A stretch of 64,000 nt of DNA from a virus. Location of the stretch: IMG/VR virus record IMGVR_UViG_3300045988_162923. One strand, 5' to 3'. The position numbers were made by a program, and so were the translations under genes. This document shows, piece after piece, positions 26,841-40,876 of this stretch. A model generated the notes under the pieces. That model had not been told where the DNA came from. It saw only the letters and a list, made by a program, of their open reading frames with translations, and searched no databases. Every line of letters starts with the position of its first letter. Positions within the stretch are counted from its first letter, which is position 1.

Positions 26841-28522
26841 ATGAATGAAGCAGTAAAATTTTTAAAAGGTACTCAAGAAAGTTTTAATGGATTAAAAAGT
26901 TATCAACCTGGTGCTTTTTATTTAGTAATTGATGATACAGTCGATAGTACTGGAAAGCCTACAAATAGTAGTACTTTTGGTAAGCCAGGTAGATTATATT
27001 ATGGTGTAAATAGTACGACTATTGCTCCAGTTAATCAAGGTATTACTACTGTAAAGAATACCTCTGAATTGTCAACAATGACAAGTAAATTAGACACTGG
27101 CAAGTTTTATTATTCTGAAGCAGAAAATATTTTATGTATTTTAAATGGCGATGGTAGATGGATTCAGGTTAATGTTAATACAGCATTATCTCAAACTCTT
27201 AGTTCATTACAAGTTGGTCCTACAAATAATGATAATGAAGTTAAAGTTGTTCAACGATTAGTAGATAATAATAACAATACGATAGAATTTACTCATACAT
27301 TTGTAGGCGATGATCATATTACAATTAGTAATGATGAAGGCAATAAGATTGTATTTAAATTAACAGGTATTAATTATACATTAACAGAAGGATTAAGTAA
27401 CGTTGATGCTGAAGGCACATAGAAGAAGTTAGATTTTACTTTATCTAATGGAGGAAAAGAACCTAGTACTGTATCTATTGTTCCTGGGCCAAAATTAAAT
27501 TTCGTTGATGATGGTGGCAAATTTACTTTAACTTTAGATAATGAAATTAATATATTTGAGTCAAATCCTATTGATGGAGCTGGAGATAAGGATACAGGAT
27601 TTAATATTAAAATTGGTGGTTCTGCTGTTGTTGGTGATGAAAAATCTATAACTATTGATCCTACTATTACTATTAATAATAAAGATTATAAATTTAAGGG
27701 CGGTAATTTAGCTTTAGATGTTTATACTAAGACAGATATTGATACGAAATTACGTACTTTAAATGCCATGGTATATAGAGGCGCCATTACTGCTATTGCT
27801 GATAATGGAAAATTTACATTCTCTAACTCAAGCCTTAATGATGGAACAGAATCATTACACAATGGTGATACATTTATTTATAGTGGTAATGATGTTACTT
27901 ATAATAATAATATCGTTCGTAGCGGAGATTTATTTATTGCTTCTGGAGTGGAGAATGAGAGTGGTAATCTTCCAACGGAAAATATAGAATGGATATATAT
28001 TCCATCTGCCAATGAACCTTTAGTTGAAATTGGTGATACTCTAAATTCAGATAATTTATAGCCTGATTTTACTATTCAACAAGGGTTAGAAAAATTATTT
28101 AGGTTAGCTCTTAAGAGTGGCGCTGGCATAAATATTGGAACTGAAATAAATGATAAAGATAAAATAATTACTATTGGTCATACAGCTTCTCATACAGCAG
28201 CTACGGCATCTACTGAGACTCAAGTATTTGATTAGGCATTTACAATTACAGTTAATAATCCAAAAACTATAGATGAATAGGGTCATGTAACTGAGAGTTA
28301 GTCTACTACTTATACTTTAAAAGATACTCATGCTACTATCGAAAAAGAAAATTATACTTTCGCTGAAGGGACTCTTGTTCCTTAGATTAAAGTAGATGGT
28401 CTTTCTAAAGAATTGAGTCCAATTGATATTATTAGTGATACTTTAAAAATCTCTGGATCTGGTACTACTGAGGACGGAGCAAATGCTAACATTCATGTTG
28501 AGTTAGAATGGGGTAGTTTTTA
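26841..28522 (+). CDS. structural protein, about 560 aa
   Basis: ATG 26841. The first 193 codons are TAG-free. The frame continues past TAG 27420-27422 through track ORF 27768..28061 to TAA 28520-28522. Confidence 0.65.
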
Positions 28523-28581
28523 AGGCCAATATAAATTAATTTTGCTTATAATTTTTTCTTCTTATATAGAAGAATATTTTT

Positions 28582-28622
28582 ATGGGGAAAGAAGATGTTC
28601 TTCTTTCCCCATAACTTTTTTA
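28582..28622 (+). terminator. rho-independent terminator
   Basis: ATGGGGAAAGAAGA-TGT-TCTTCTTTCCCCAT hairpin followed by TTTTTT. Confidence 0.75.
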
Positions 28623-28643
28623 TAGGATAGAAAGGAGTAAAAT

Positions 28644-31600
28644 ATGTCTAAAATTCATTTCCGTCCAGTACAAGGCCTAGAAGAAAAAATTAAAGATTTT
28701 CCTCAAACTGAAGGATATTTTTATGTTGCTACTGATACTGGCCGTGTTTATTTAGATACTGCCACTGAGAATAAATTACCAATTGGCTCAAGTGGTGTAC
28801 AAGTAATATATGGAACTGACGATAATATAGAAGTAGAATATGATTCTGACGAAAATCCTACCAGTTATTTAATATTAACTTCTAAATTATCTACAATTGG
28901 TTATCATCCGGATGATTTAATTTTAAATTCTGATGGATGTTTTTATCGTATAATTGAACCAACAATAAATGATGAAAATGAAGAATGCGTAAGATGCGAA
29001 AAATTAACTGTTGGTGGCGGAGGAGTAGAACAAGAACATAAAGTATTAGGCACTACTTCTATGGTTCTTAATTGCACAAAAGATATTTTAAATGATGAAA
29101 AGGCTAGTGTAACTATATTAGTAAAATGTAGAACTATAAATAATGAACCTTAGACTTCTTCTGTAGAGGGAGTTTTAACAGTGAGTCAATAGAGTAAAAC
29201 TGGGAGTGGATATGAATAGATTTGGTCCTCTGACCCTTTAATTTTTGAACACAATATTCCGCAAACTATTGATTTGACTAATATATTAAGAGATTCTACA
29301 ACTCATTAGATTTCATTTGATATTACGACTAATCCTGATCCTATTAATAATGCTTTTAAAGCTCCAACTAAAAGAACAGTTTTTATTACTAAGCATGCTT
29401 TGGATTTATCTTGGAAAGAAGATAACTTTTCTAATATTTATCCTTTTGATGATGGTTCAGTGAGAACAGCATGGTTAATGTCTAGCGGAGTAGAACGTAC
29501 TATAGAAATATATTTTGATGATTATTTAATTTTAAATAGAGAATATAAAGGAAATAGTATCAATCAAGCTAATGATGATTTTACTATTACTGCTGATACA
29601 GTTATTTTAAATTCAACTAAGGCGACTACTTTAAAAGATATTTTTACTCACGGAGAACATACTATTAAAGCAAAATTATATTTATCTTAGAATGGAATAA
29701 AAGGTAATGGAACGCCATTCATTACTAAAGAAATTGCCATTAGAGATAGAACAAGTTCGATTCCTTTAATTTGGACTGGTAATTTTAAAACAGAATATTA
29801 TACTTATGAAACAATTAGGATTCCTTTTAAAGTATTAGATCCAAATAACCAAATTGCCACAGTTTATTTATATAAAAATGGTGTATTAATTGGTACAAGA
29901 CAAGTTACTTCTAATAGCGCTGAGTGGGAGTATTGGGAAATTACTAATCTTGTTGTAAACGATAGTGCTTATTACACTATTAAAGTTGGTACAGCGCCAT
30001 ATGATTATTCTCGTAATTTTACTTTTAATATTTCGATTGATCCATTGCGTGATATGAAGTTAGCACGTGAAAGTGATTTAAAAGTTAATTTTGTTGCTAC
30101 TGGACGTTCAAATTCAGAAAGCAAATTAAGCAGAGAAACTCTTGAAATTAATGGTAAGCGTGCAACGTTTAAGAATTTTAACTGGTATAATAATGGTTGG
30201 CTGTTTGATGAAAATAATGTAACTTGTTTAAGAATTAGTAATGGTGCTGAAATTTCTATTCCCATTGGTTCATTAGAATTTGATAATGGTAGTGCTACTT
30301 CTACACATACTATTGAAATTCAATTTAAAATTAGAAATCCTTAGAATTATACTAAGGTTATTACTAAATATACTCGTTATAAAGCTAGTGATGAAGCAGA
30401 TTCTTCTAAATAGGATTGGACTGATGATGATGCTTGGAAAGAATTCCGAAATCAGAGTACATATTTAAATTATGATACTTTCTTAACTTAGGAATATTTG
30501 CCTAAACATCCAGAAGCTCCAACTTATGATGAATTAACTTATGATAGATTAGAGCAGATTTTTGATTTAAAAAATAATCTAATTTGCGCTTATGGCTCAG
30601 AAGAAGATCCATTAGGTATTTATTTTAGTCCATAGGATGCTACATTTACTGCGAATGGTAAAGAAGAAACCGTATCTGTAGATTTTGTTGAAAATAAGAT
30701 GTTAAATTTAACTTTTGTTTATACAAAGGCAAAAGAAGGTATGGTTGGTGGTAATTCTAAGTTATTAGAAATTTTTATGAATGGTGTTTTAACCAGTGTT
30801 GCTCGTCGTAGTGGTTCTTCGATGTGGAGTATTAATTCTGATGTAATTAAATTTATGTCTAATACTTGTGATATTGATTTGTATAGTATTAGAGTATATG
30901 ATACAGATTTATCTATTCATGAAGTTGTATAGAATTATGCTTTTGATAAAAAAAATATTAAGTATTGGGATTAGAAAGATTTATATGAATCTCGAGCTGA
31001 TATTCAAGATGAAGTTTTTTCTTATCAACGAATGAAAACTTATAATAATACTCATCAAAATGAACCTTTAATGCCATATATTATTTTACGAACTACTGCT
31101 AATAATAATGAAAATACTTAGAACAGATTGCCTTATTCTAAAGATAAAGGTGCGCAAGCAGGTACTTTAGAATTTATAAATGTACCTTTAGATGCTGCTT
31201 ATGCTCGTGGTGAATTAGATAATATAGTAAATTTAGATCCTGCAAAATGGCCTCCGATTTTGGATAATGTAACTAAAGAAGTTATTTACACTCCTGTCCA
31301 AAATTATTATATGCATCATTGCCCTAGTTTTACTACCACTATTGATGGATGTACTTTTTAGGTTTAGGGAACTTCTTCTAGAAATTATCCTCGTCGTAAT
31401 TACAAAGCTAAATGTAAAAATGTAATGTTTATGAATAAAGGTCCATTTGAAAAATTATATGAAGAAGATAAAGCTAATAATACTTTAAATAAAGATAGTA
31501 AATGCTTTATTGAATTTTTCTATATGGATAATGAAACAGTTGGTACAACTAAATTTACATTAAAAATAGATTTTATGGAATCTTCTGGAGATTATAATCG

Positions 31601-34600
31601 AGGTTTTGCCAATCTGGTTAATGAAACTTATTCATAGCATCCGATTTGTGATTACAAAGATTCTTTTAATAAATATGATTTATATGGAAATACTAATGAT
31701 TATAGAACTTCTATGAAAGGATTTCCTGTCTTAGCTTTCCATTGGCCTTCAGATGATAATAATCAATATAATAATGAAAGTGATATTATATATATTGGTA
31801 AATATAATATGTTATTAGATAAAGGCTCTGATGAATGTTTTGGATTTAAGCCTAGTAAAAAAGTTTTATAGAATTAGATTAAAGGAACACCAAAAGTAAG
31901 AGATATTGCTGAATGTTGGGAGTTTTAGAATAATTCAAGAACTTATTGCTCTTTCCGTGACCCTTGGAATCGTTATAAGTTATCATTTAGACCTCCAATT
32001 ATGGATAATGATAATGGAGTAACTACTCATGGTGCTCCGATGGTAGCTGATTCTTTTGAAGTTAGATATAATGCTAACGATGATTTAATTTCAAAAGCTT
32101 TATTCGAATGTAAAGATACTGCTTCAGGCAGTTATGCTGATGATTTACCTGATTGGGTTAGTGGTATAGCCAATACGGCCCCAGATAGAATTAAAGTTAA
32201 TGAAATTATTGATGAAACTACAGGTCAAAAATCCACTGAAATAATTATTACAAATCCAGGTTAGGAATCTGTTAAATTTGATAGTACTAATGCAAATACT
32301 TCTCGTGAATTATTATTAGCATTAATGTCTAATTGGGAAGATGCTGTTAGTTGGGTTTGGAGTACTTGTTTAGATTGTAGTATTGATTTTAATGGAACTT
32401 TATATGAAATCCCTTCTATTGGTCAATATAATTTAGTAGATGAATTAGCAGAAGCTTTATATGAAAAAGGAAAATATTATGTAGTTACCGGAGTTAATGA
32501 CACAGGTAATGATATATATGGAATTTCTAATGATGAATTTAATTCTGAAATAAAGTATTATAAATTAAATGGAATAGATTATAATTTAATTATTTTAACT
32601 AATAATGAAAATAAAGTTTATAAAACTGGTATATATTATATTTTACAAGACGAAAAAAATAATATTTATACTATTAGTAATGATAAATTTAATGCTAATG
32701 AATCTTATTATTAGTTAATTCAAAATGAAACTAATATTGATAATAGATGGCTATTACCGGCTCCTGTTACTTATGGTGGAGTAACATATACTAAAGATTG
32801 TAAAGAATACCGTCAAGCAAAATTTAAGAATGAGTTAAGTAATTATTTTAATATTGAATATTTAGCGACTTATTTTTTAATGACTGAAATTTTTGAGTGT
32901 TATGATTCTCGTGGCAAAAATGCAATGTTTGCTTCTTGGGGACCACAAAAAGGAAATATTGAAAAAGTCACTGGAATTCAACATTATATTTGGTATCCTA
33001 TATTTTATGATATTGATACTCAATTAGGTATTAATAATACTGGTATTCCATCATTTGAATATTATGTTGATGCTACTATTGATGGAAGTTTTTCTACGAA
33101 TGATAGTGTATTATGGAATAATTTTTATCAATTCTTTAAGAGTAAAATTGTAGATAAATATAAACAATTGATGGGATTTAGCAATGGTTCTTATGATACA
33201 TCTAAAGTTACTCAAATTTTTGCTAAAGATTCTAATACTAATAGTGATAAGAGTGAAATTGTCGATAAATGGTATAAAACTGATCCTTCAGTATTTTCAG
33301 ATAGCTATGCTGTAAAAGGTGACCGTCCATTATTAGCATTAAATTTAGATGAAGAGTATAAGTATATTATTCCTACTAATTCAGCCGCTGAAAATACTAT
33401 ATTTGGTCGTTTAACTAATGAAGGTAAATATGCAGTAGAAACTGACCAATATTTCTATGCTTTATAGGGTGATCGTAACTTATATCGTGCGCAATTTTTA
33501 TCTAATCGTCTTAACTATATTGACTCTTGGTTAACTGTTGATGGTTATGCTAGTGGTAGCGGTGGCAATTTTATTAGAAGTCGTATTTCTGCGAATAATC
33601 CGAAAAATACTTCTGATAAATGGATTGAAGGTACTAATACTCAAGGTATGACTAATTTGGTTACTAATGCTCAATATTGGAAAGATAATATTGAATATGG
33701 TGAAAAAAATCATATTTTTGATGGTGAATATTGGATTGAAATGTAGCCAGCACGTAATTCATATGTTACTGTTGGTACTGATGGAGCAAATTTTGCTTCT
33801 TAGAAATATAACGGATTAAGTCCAGTTAAATTTACTGCTCCTGATTTAGAGAAAGGTATTAGATCTAGTGGCAATTATCGTGAATAGCTGTATTATATTT
33901 ATGGTACTGATTAGATGAAATCTTTAGGAGATTTAAGTAAATTATATTTCCAAGAATTTGCTATGGAAGGTAAAGCGGATAGAATGATAGATTTATTATT
34001 AGGGTATGATGGTCTTGCTACTGAAGATGGTTAGCCATATGCTTATTTTAATAAAGATGTTAATGATTGGTCTTATCCTAAAACTGGTATGCCTTTATTA
34101 AAAGAAATGAATCTATGTAATATTACTTTTAAGAAAGATTAGCCAGCATTAAATTTAACTAAAAGTGAAAAATTGAAAAATTTTAGAAATACTGGATCTA
34201 ATATTCCAAGAGTAGAATTTGCTAAGGGCGTAGCATTAGATACTCTTTATTTAACTAATGAAACTAATTATTTAACTTTAATTGAAGCAAATTTATTAAA
34301 TAAATTAATTACTACTTATGTTAATCCTACACTTAGCCCGACGACAGGACGATTAGTTGTAGCAGATGAGAATAAAGGATTATATATTTAGAATCTAACA
34401 GATAAAGATGATGACCAAATTGAAACTAAAATTAAAACTATGGATATTGAAGGCGGCAATCTTGGATATTATAGTTATGAATTATTAAGACGTTATTATC
34501 TTGGCTGTAAAAAGGGTAATTTAAAAGATTGTGAAATTAATTTTGTTAATGTTCAATGGAGTCCATATAGATTATTAAGTGATGATAAAGCTGAGTTAGA

Positions 34601-36383
34601 TACAAGTAGAAAATATTTTAAAGATAACGGACATTTTTAGTTAAATGCGATTCCATAGGATAAAGTTAATACTATAACTAAATTAGATATTAAAAATGGC
34701 TTAATTTATTATCTTGATGAATCAGTAAATGGTTATGAAGAAATTCATAATAAATTAATAAATTATAATGATTTATTAAAGAAAATTTATGATGAATCTC
34801 AAGTTTATAATAAAGATAATACATTCAAGGGAATAAATCAAAATAATCCTAATATAACTGGTATTGTATATATTGAGAATAATGAAGCTATTGATGAACA
34901 TATTATTTAGGATGAATTACAATCTATTTATCCTAATTTAACAATTTTTGTTAAAAATGTTAATAAAGAATATTCTGTGAAATTTATTATTGAAGAAACA
35001 GATGAAGATGGAAATGTTATTGCTCAAGAAATCTTAAAAACTTAGAAGTTAATTAAGAATGCTGATGGTTCTTCTTCTCAAATATTTTTTGATGATCCAA
35101 CAGATAAAACAAAGAAAAATTATATTTCATTTGGCACTCTTTAGGAAAAACGTCCAATTGATGATTTTAAAGGATGGAAAGATGAAAATAATAATTATAT
35201 AATCACTGTTGACAAAGATGAGAATAAAAAAGATTATATTACTTCAAATAATTGGAACACTTTAACTTTAAATCCAGATAAATTAGATTATGTATTTACG
35301 GCTGATTTTAAACGTAAATCATATACTATTTATTTTGTTAATGGTGACCGCAAATTAGATAGTAATACTGTAAGTCATGTCTTTAAATATGGTGAGAGAA
35401 TTGTTGTTCCTTCAGAATTTTATTATTATAAAAATGGTAATGATGATTTTAATACTGATGATACAAATGAAAATGTAATTTCTTATTATACAACTTGGAA
35501 GCAGAATGGTTGGGCTGATGCTGATGGAGTAAAAATTGATTTAAACAAATAGTTAGCTTATTCAGATCGAGTATTCTATGCTACTGGAGAGTTAGTAAAT
35601 GTTTATGATAATATTTTAGATGAAAAATATTATAAAATAATTCGTGATAGTAATACTAATACATTATATTTAAAATTTACTAATAATTATAGTAGATTAG
35701 GAGGAAAAATTACTTTACCAGCTACTTATGAAGGTGAACCTATAACTAGATTATATAATATTGGTACTTCTTCTGTGGGTAATAAAAATATTACAGGTGT
35801 TTTCTTTAGTCCTTAGAATGAAAATAAAATATCTATTATTGACAGTAAAATGTTCCAAAGCGTGACAAATTTATAGCATTTTGATTTTAGTAATGTATTA
35901 ACTAAAATAGGTTAGGAAGCTTTTGCTTAGACTAATTTAAAGCAAATAAATAAATTACCTTATTCTTCATCTACTACTGGATTAGATATTGGGCCATATG
36001 CATTTTATGGTACTAGCTTAGGTGGAGCGAATACTAAAACATTTATTTTAGAAGGATGTAAAGATGGAGTTATTAAATTAGGAAATAGTGCTTTTAATTA
36101 TATGAGAATTATTGGACCAAAAGCAGAGGGATATCCAGTTATAGGTGCTTTAACTTTCCAATTTGGAACTAATAATAAACCTCTAGCCCAATTAGTTTGT
36201 GGTAAAGATGTTTTAACTCCTTAGACTAATTATGGACCTACTAAAACGAATGGACAAAAAGGATATATTAAATATTATTGTCAAGCTCAATACTACGATA
36301 CAATAAGTGGAGTTATGAATAATATTTTAAATGAGGTTAGTAGATCATCATATAATTATGAGTTATAGCCTATAATAAAGTGA
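28644..36383 (+). CDS. giant tail-associated protein, about 2579 aa, with a C-terminal BspA-type leucine-rich-repeat region
   Basis: RBS AAAGGAG precedes ATG 28644. Twelve track ORFs (28644 through 34440) share one frame. I read across the gaps and saw only TAG codons. It ends at TGA 36381-36383. The region around 35650-36200 reads like LRR_5/BspA-type repeats (...ITGVFFSP.NENKISIIDSKMFQSVTNL.HFDFSNVLTKIG.EAFA.TNLKQI...). Confidence 0.75.
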
Positions 36384-36392
36384 GGAAATATT

Positions 36393-36593
36393 ATGGAAAA
36401 AGATGTAGTATATAGATATATAGGAACTAATGGAGTAATTGATTCAGAAATATATTTACCTGGAGTAGCTAGTACTAAATTATATAGATTAATTGCTGAT
36501 TATAATAAACGAGTTACTAAAAATGGTAAAGAATATTATACAGTTTCTCCTCTTGTGCCAGAAGATGAATTAGAAGAATGGTATGAGAAATAA
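36393..36593 (+). CDS. small protein (66 aa), TAG-free
   Basis: ATG 36393 with RBS-like AAGTGAGGAAA upstream. It ends at TAA 36591-36593. Confidence 0.5.
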   Translation: MEKDVVYRYIGTNGVIDSEIYLPGVASTKLYRLIADYNKRVTKNGKEYYTVSPLVPEDELEEWYEK

Positions 36594-36633
36594 AATAATC
36601 GGTCAAATGTTGATTATTTTATTTAAATAAAAA

Positions 36634-36677
36634 TTAGGGTAAATAGAAGTAAAAATCTATTTACCCTAATTTTTTTA
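36634..36677 (+). terminator. rho-independent terminator
   Basis: TTAGGGTAAATAG...CTATTTACCCTAA hairpin followed by TTTTTTT. Confidence 0.75.
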
Positions 36678-36694
36678 GAAAGGAAGAGATAACT

Positions 36695-38413
36695 TTGATT
36701 ACTAGAATTGATACAGAAAAAGAAAACAGCGATTGGAAAAAATTTGCTGAAAAAATAAATAAATTAGCTAGAGAAAAAAATATTACTAATGACAAAGGTA
36801 AAATTGTAGAAATTACAGAATTATCTGAATATTTTGAAAATATTACTGGTATTGTTAAATTAGCATAGATTGATCCTTCTGTAATTCGCGTTCCAGTAGA
36901 TGAATAGATTATTGATATTGATGCTAATACAAGACGTATTAAATTAGGTAACGATTTTGGCAAAACAGTATTTTTAAATGTTGCTAAAGATCATATGGCT
37001 GAAACCATTTGGTTCAAAATAGATAGATATTTTGATATATAGGACTTAGCTGAAAGTGGTATCCGTATTTTTATTTAGTGGTATGTTGATGATAGCATAA
37101 AAGGATTTTCTGAATCTCATTTTAGAGATATTACTAGCGAAAGTGGAAAAATTATTTTTGAGTGGCCTATTGATAATTCAATAACTGCCCAAGCTGGTAC
37201 GGTATATTTTTCTATTGTATTTTTTAAAAAGAAAAATGATAGAGAATATGAGTATATGCTAAATACTCTACCGACACAAATGACAATTAATAAAGGATTA
37301 GATATTGATGAAAATATATTAACCGCAGATCCAATTGATTATATGAATAATTATTTACAATCATTGGTTGATTCCACTAAGAGTATTGGTAGCGGTGTAG
37401 CAGATACAATAGCTTTCTTATCTGGTGTCAAAAATGACAAAGAGGCATATGTTACTGGCGATAAGATTTATGCTTTAGCCTATAATGATACATAGAATAA
37501 TATTGAAAGTACTAATATTGTATATGAATGGACTCGTACTGATAATGGAATAGTTCATTTAGTTGATAATCAATCATCTACATATATGAAGCTTACTGGC
37601 GAAGGTAGTATTTTTTCTAATATAACATATAATGATAAATTAAGTTATTATGAGAAAAATGATACTGTTTTTAATAATGTTAGTGGTACAATATCAGATA
37701 GTGCTGATTTTGAATTAAAGAAAGATAGCCTGTATTTAAAAGTATTTTATTGTGAAGTTACAGAAAAAGGTACTTATACAGTATCTGCTTATGGTAAAAC
37801 TGCGAATGACTAGAGTAAAGTAATTCAAAATGAAGAAGTATCTGTAAATGTTACTGGTTTACCTGATGATTTAAAATTTAGTTATAATCCAGCTCCTGAT
37901 TTTAATGATGGTACTACTGCTTGTTATTATGGTAATAAGACAGTTCAAGTAAAACCAAATATAGAAGCAGGAATTAATTTTACTTATAATTGGTATAAAG
38001 ATAGTCAATTATTAGAAAATCTTACTGATTCTATTTCTTTAACTGTAGATGAAGGTATTTATAAACCAACTATTGTTGCTGAAAAGAATAAAGATAGCAA
38101 AGAATTTTCTATTTATTCATTTATTCATTATTTAGATATATCTAATATTGTTATTAATCCAAGTTGTGTGATTGATGGTACTAATTATGTTATTACTATT
38201 AATAATGATCGTAATGAATTAGGATCAATTGGTGAATTTATAATTGATTTCTTTGATGATACAAGTAAAAATGTTTATAGTAATCCTGCGGTAGCTATTA
38301 CTAATAATGTTATTACTATTCCAATCGCTAATACTAATGAAGCTGTTGCTTATACAGTTACCATTAAGAAAGGCGTAAAAATTAAGAGTACTGATAAACT
38401 TAGTCTTAGATAA
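36695..38413 (+). CDS. structural protein, about 572 aa, TTG start
   Basis: RBS AAAGGAAGAG precedes TTG 36695. Track ORFs 37256, 37586 and 38168 share the frame and the interruptions are TAG. It ends at TAA 38411-38413. Confidence 0.6.
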
Positions 38414-38426
38414 GAGGTGAGATTAT

Positions 38427-39047
38427 ATGATAACTAATCCTGCCGATTATCAACAGTTATTATATCAATTAGAAGATAAAAATTTTCCAATTAAATATCC
38501 ATCTTTACCAAGTCCAGAAGATGAAGCATTAATAAAAATTAATCTTTAGACTAAAAAAATTGAGAATACTAATAATTATGTTACTATTGAAGGTGATCAC
38601 GCGGCTGAGACACTTTATTTTGAAGTAAATAGATATCATGGTCTAGTTGATTTAAGTAATATGATGTGTATTGTAAGTTATATTAATGCCGATAATGAAA
38701 AGCGTATTTATCCAGTCCCTTATTATGATTTAATTACAAAGAAAGATAAAATTATTTTTCCTTGGATTTTAAATTATAGTGCTACTAAAAAAACTGGATT
38801 ATTGAAATACATGATTACTTTTTATCATATTGAAAAAGATACAAATAATCTTATGTTTAATTTAAATACTTAGCCTGACGTGATTAAGGTCTATAATCGT
38901 TTAAGTTATGACAATATTTCGCAAGAGGAAGATTATTATGTAGTTGATGATGATTAGGTTGTTTAGTAGATTTGGGAACGTTTATCACGTTTAGAAGGAT
39001 TTGTTGGTAATGATGGTGGATTAGATGTCTATTGGTTGGTATTATAA
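38427..39047 (+). CDS. hypothetical structural protein (206 aa)
   Basis: RBS AAGAGGTGAG precedes ATG 38427. Track ORF 38661 shares the frame. It ends at TAA 39045-39047. Confidence 0.55.
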
Positions 39048-39145
39048 GGACAAGATAAATTAAGAAAGTATATTATTTTTTCAGTTAATATTGAAAGGTA
39101 AGATACTTTTCTCAATTTAATATTTAATAATTTTCATATATTATA

Positions 39146-39178
39146 TGGGAGAGGTATATCCTCTCCCATTTTTTTTGT
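39146..39178 (+). terminator. rho-independent terminator
   Basis: GGGAGAGG-TATAT-CCTCTCCC hairpin followed by ATTTTTTTT. Confidence 0.75.
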
Positions 39179-39207
39179 TATATAAATAAATTTGAAAGGA
39201 GAATTTC

Positions 39208-40860
39208 ATGGCATTATTTAAAATTTTGCGTGGTAACGATTTAGATTTAGAAAGCGTAGAAAAGCATGATGGTTATGCTTATTTTGTTCCTGAAACTGGT
39301 AATTTTTATATTGATGCGCCATTAATCGTTCCTAAAGATAAAGAGCCTGACGCTGATAAAATTGAACGTATTTAGTTAAATTCTAATTTATCAAATAGGA
39401 CAAAAATTTTATATAGTGGTACTCCAAATATAATGACTCATTCATTAACAGCAGATAAAGGCGTCATTGCGGAAAATCCAGTAGATACATCTAACGTTGA
39501 GGAAATAGCTGGTTAGCATGTAACTTTAGATGAAGTAAATAGTTTATTGAGTATGTATGCTGAAAAAAATAGTTTAAATAATTATGTTTTAAAAGATGAA
39601 GCAAAAATATTTTTAACTGAGTCTGATTTAACACCATATGTATTAACTACTGAGTTGGATAATTATGTTCATAAAAATAAATCTAATGATATTACTGGCT
39701 CTATTAATTTATTAAATTATGGTATTTAGTGTAATGCTACAACTCCTATATCAAGTGAATTAAGTTATTATAGACCTGTTAGAGTCTCAAATATTATGCC
39801 TAAAGATGAAGAAGGAAATAATGGAGATATTTGGGTTGTTTATAAAGAAGCTGAAGGGAAAATATATTTAAGTAAAAATAATATAGTTCTTACTGATGAA
39901 AATTATAATAAAGGTGTAGAGGTTATTATTACAAATAATAGTGATGGACAAATAACTTATAATCCTATGACTGTTAATGGAGTTAATTTAAGCTTAAGCG
40001 GGAATGTATTGACTATTAAAGGTGATGGTAAAACAGTAGTTGATGGAATTAATATTTCTATAGGAGCAAAAAATTGTAAAAAATATAGTACTCCAAGTGA
40101 AAAAATTATTACAATTAGTACTAATTATAGATCTTGGTCTTGGGGAGATTAGACTGCTGTTGGAGATGTATCTTGGTGGGAAGAATTATATAATTGGGTA
40201 CAAAATTCAACTATAACTGAAAGAAAAGCTTGTATTGGTAGAACTAAAAAATTAACATTATCTAAATCTGTTTTAGGAGCAAACACTGTTGTTATGGTAT
40301 GTATCGGAGCTGATGAAGATGGAGATAATACTTTAACTTTTTAGACTATGAATGCTTTACCAAATAATTTTGCTACTCCAGCTACAGGAGGATGGGTTGG
40401 ATCAACTCAATAGACTCAATGTATTAATTTTTATAATGCTTGTCAAATATAGAATTATATAAAGAAAGTAAAAAAAGGCGTAGCTAAAACAGGAAATTCA
40501 AAATAGAATGGGCTAGTTACATATAACTGGGAAACAGTATGGTTGTTATCTTTAAGAGAATTAAATTTTGATCCTAGTGATTCTTCTCTTTCGGCAGTAA
40601 ATAGTACTTAGACTAATGCTGAATGTACTTACGGATTTAATGCTTCTTATAGTTATTATTAGAGTAATTCTAGAACAAAATATAAAACAAATGCTGATGG
40701 TGGGATTTCAGATAGTAATAATATAACTTATTTTACTCGATCTTAGTCATATACTGGGTATTTATATTGGGTAAATGCTGAATCTGTTTCTCATAGAACT
40801 TCTAGTAGTGATACAACTGATTATTTAGCTCCAGCTTTTGTAATTGGGAAAAATGATTAA
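39208..40860 (+). CDS. tail fibre/structural protein, about 550 aa
   Basis: RBS AAAGGAGAA precedes ATG 39208. Track ORFs 39547 and 39796 share the frame. It ends at TAA 40858-40860. Confidence 0.6.
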
Positions 40861-40876
40861 TAGGAGTTAATTAATT

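Noticed and set aside
29750-29765. tRNA T-loop-like string GTTCGATTCC
   Set aside because: It lies inside the continuous 28644..36383 reading frame. No acceptor or anticodon stem context is visible.
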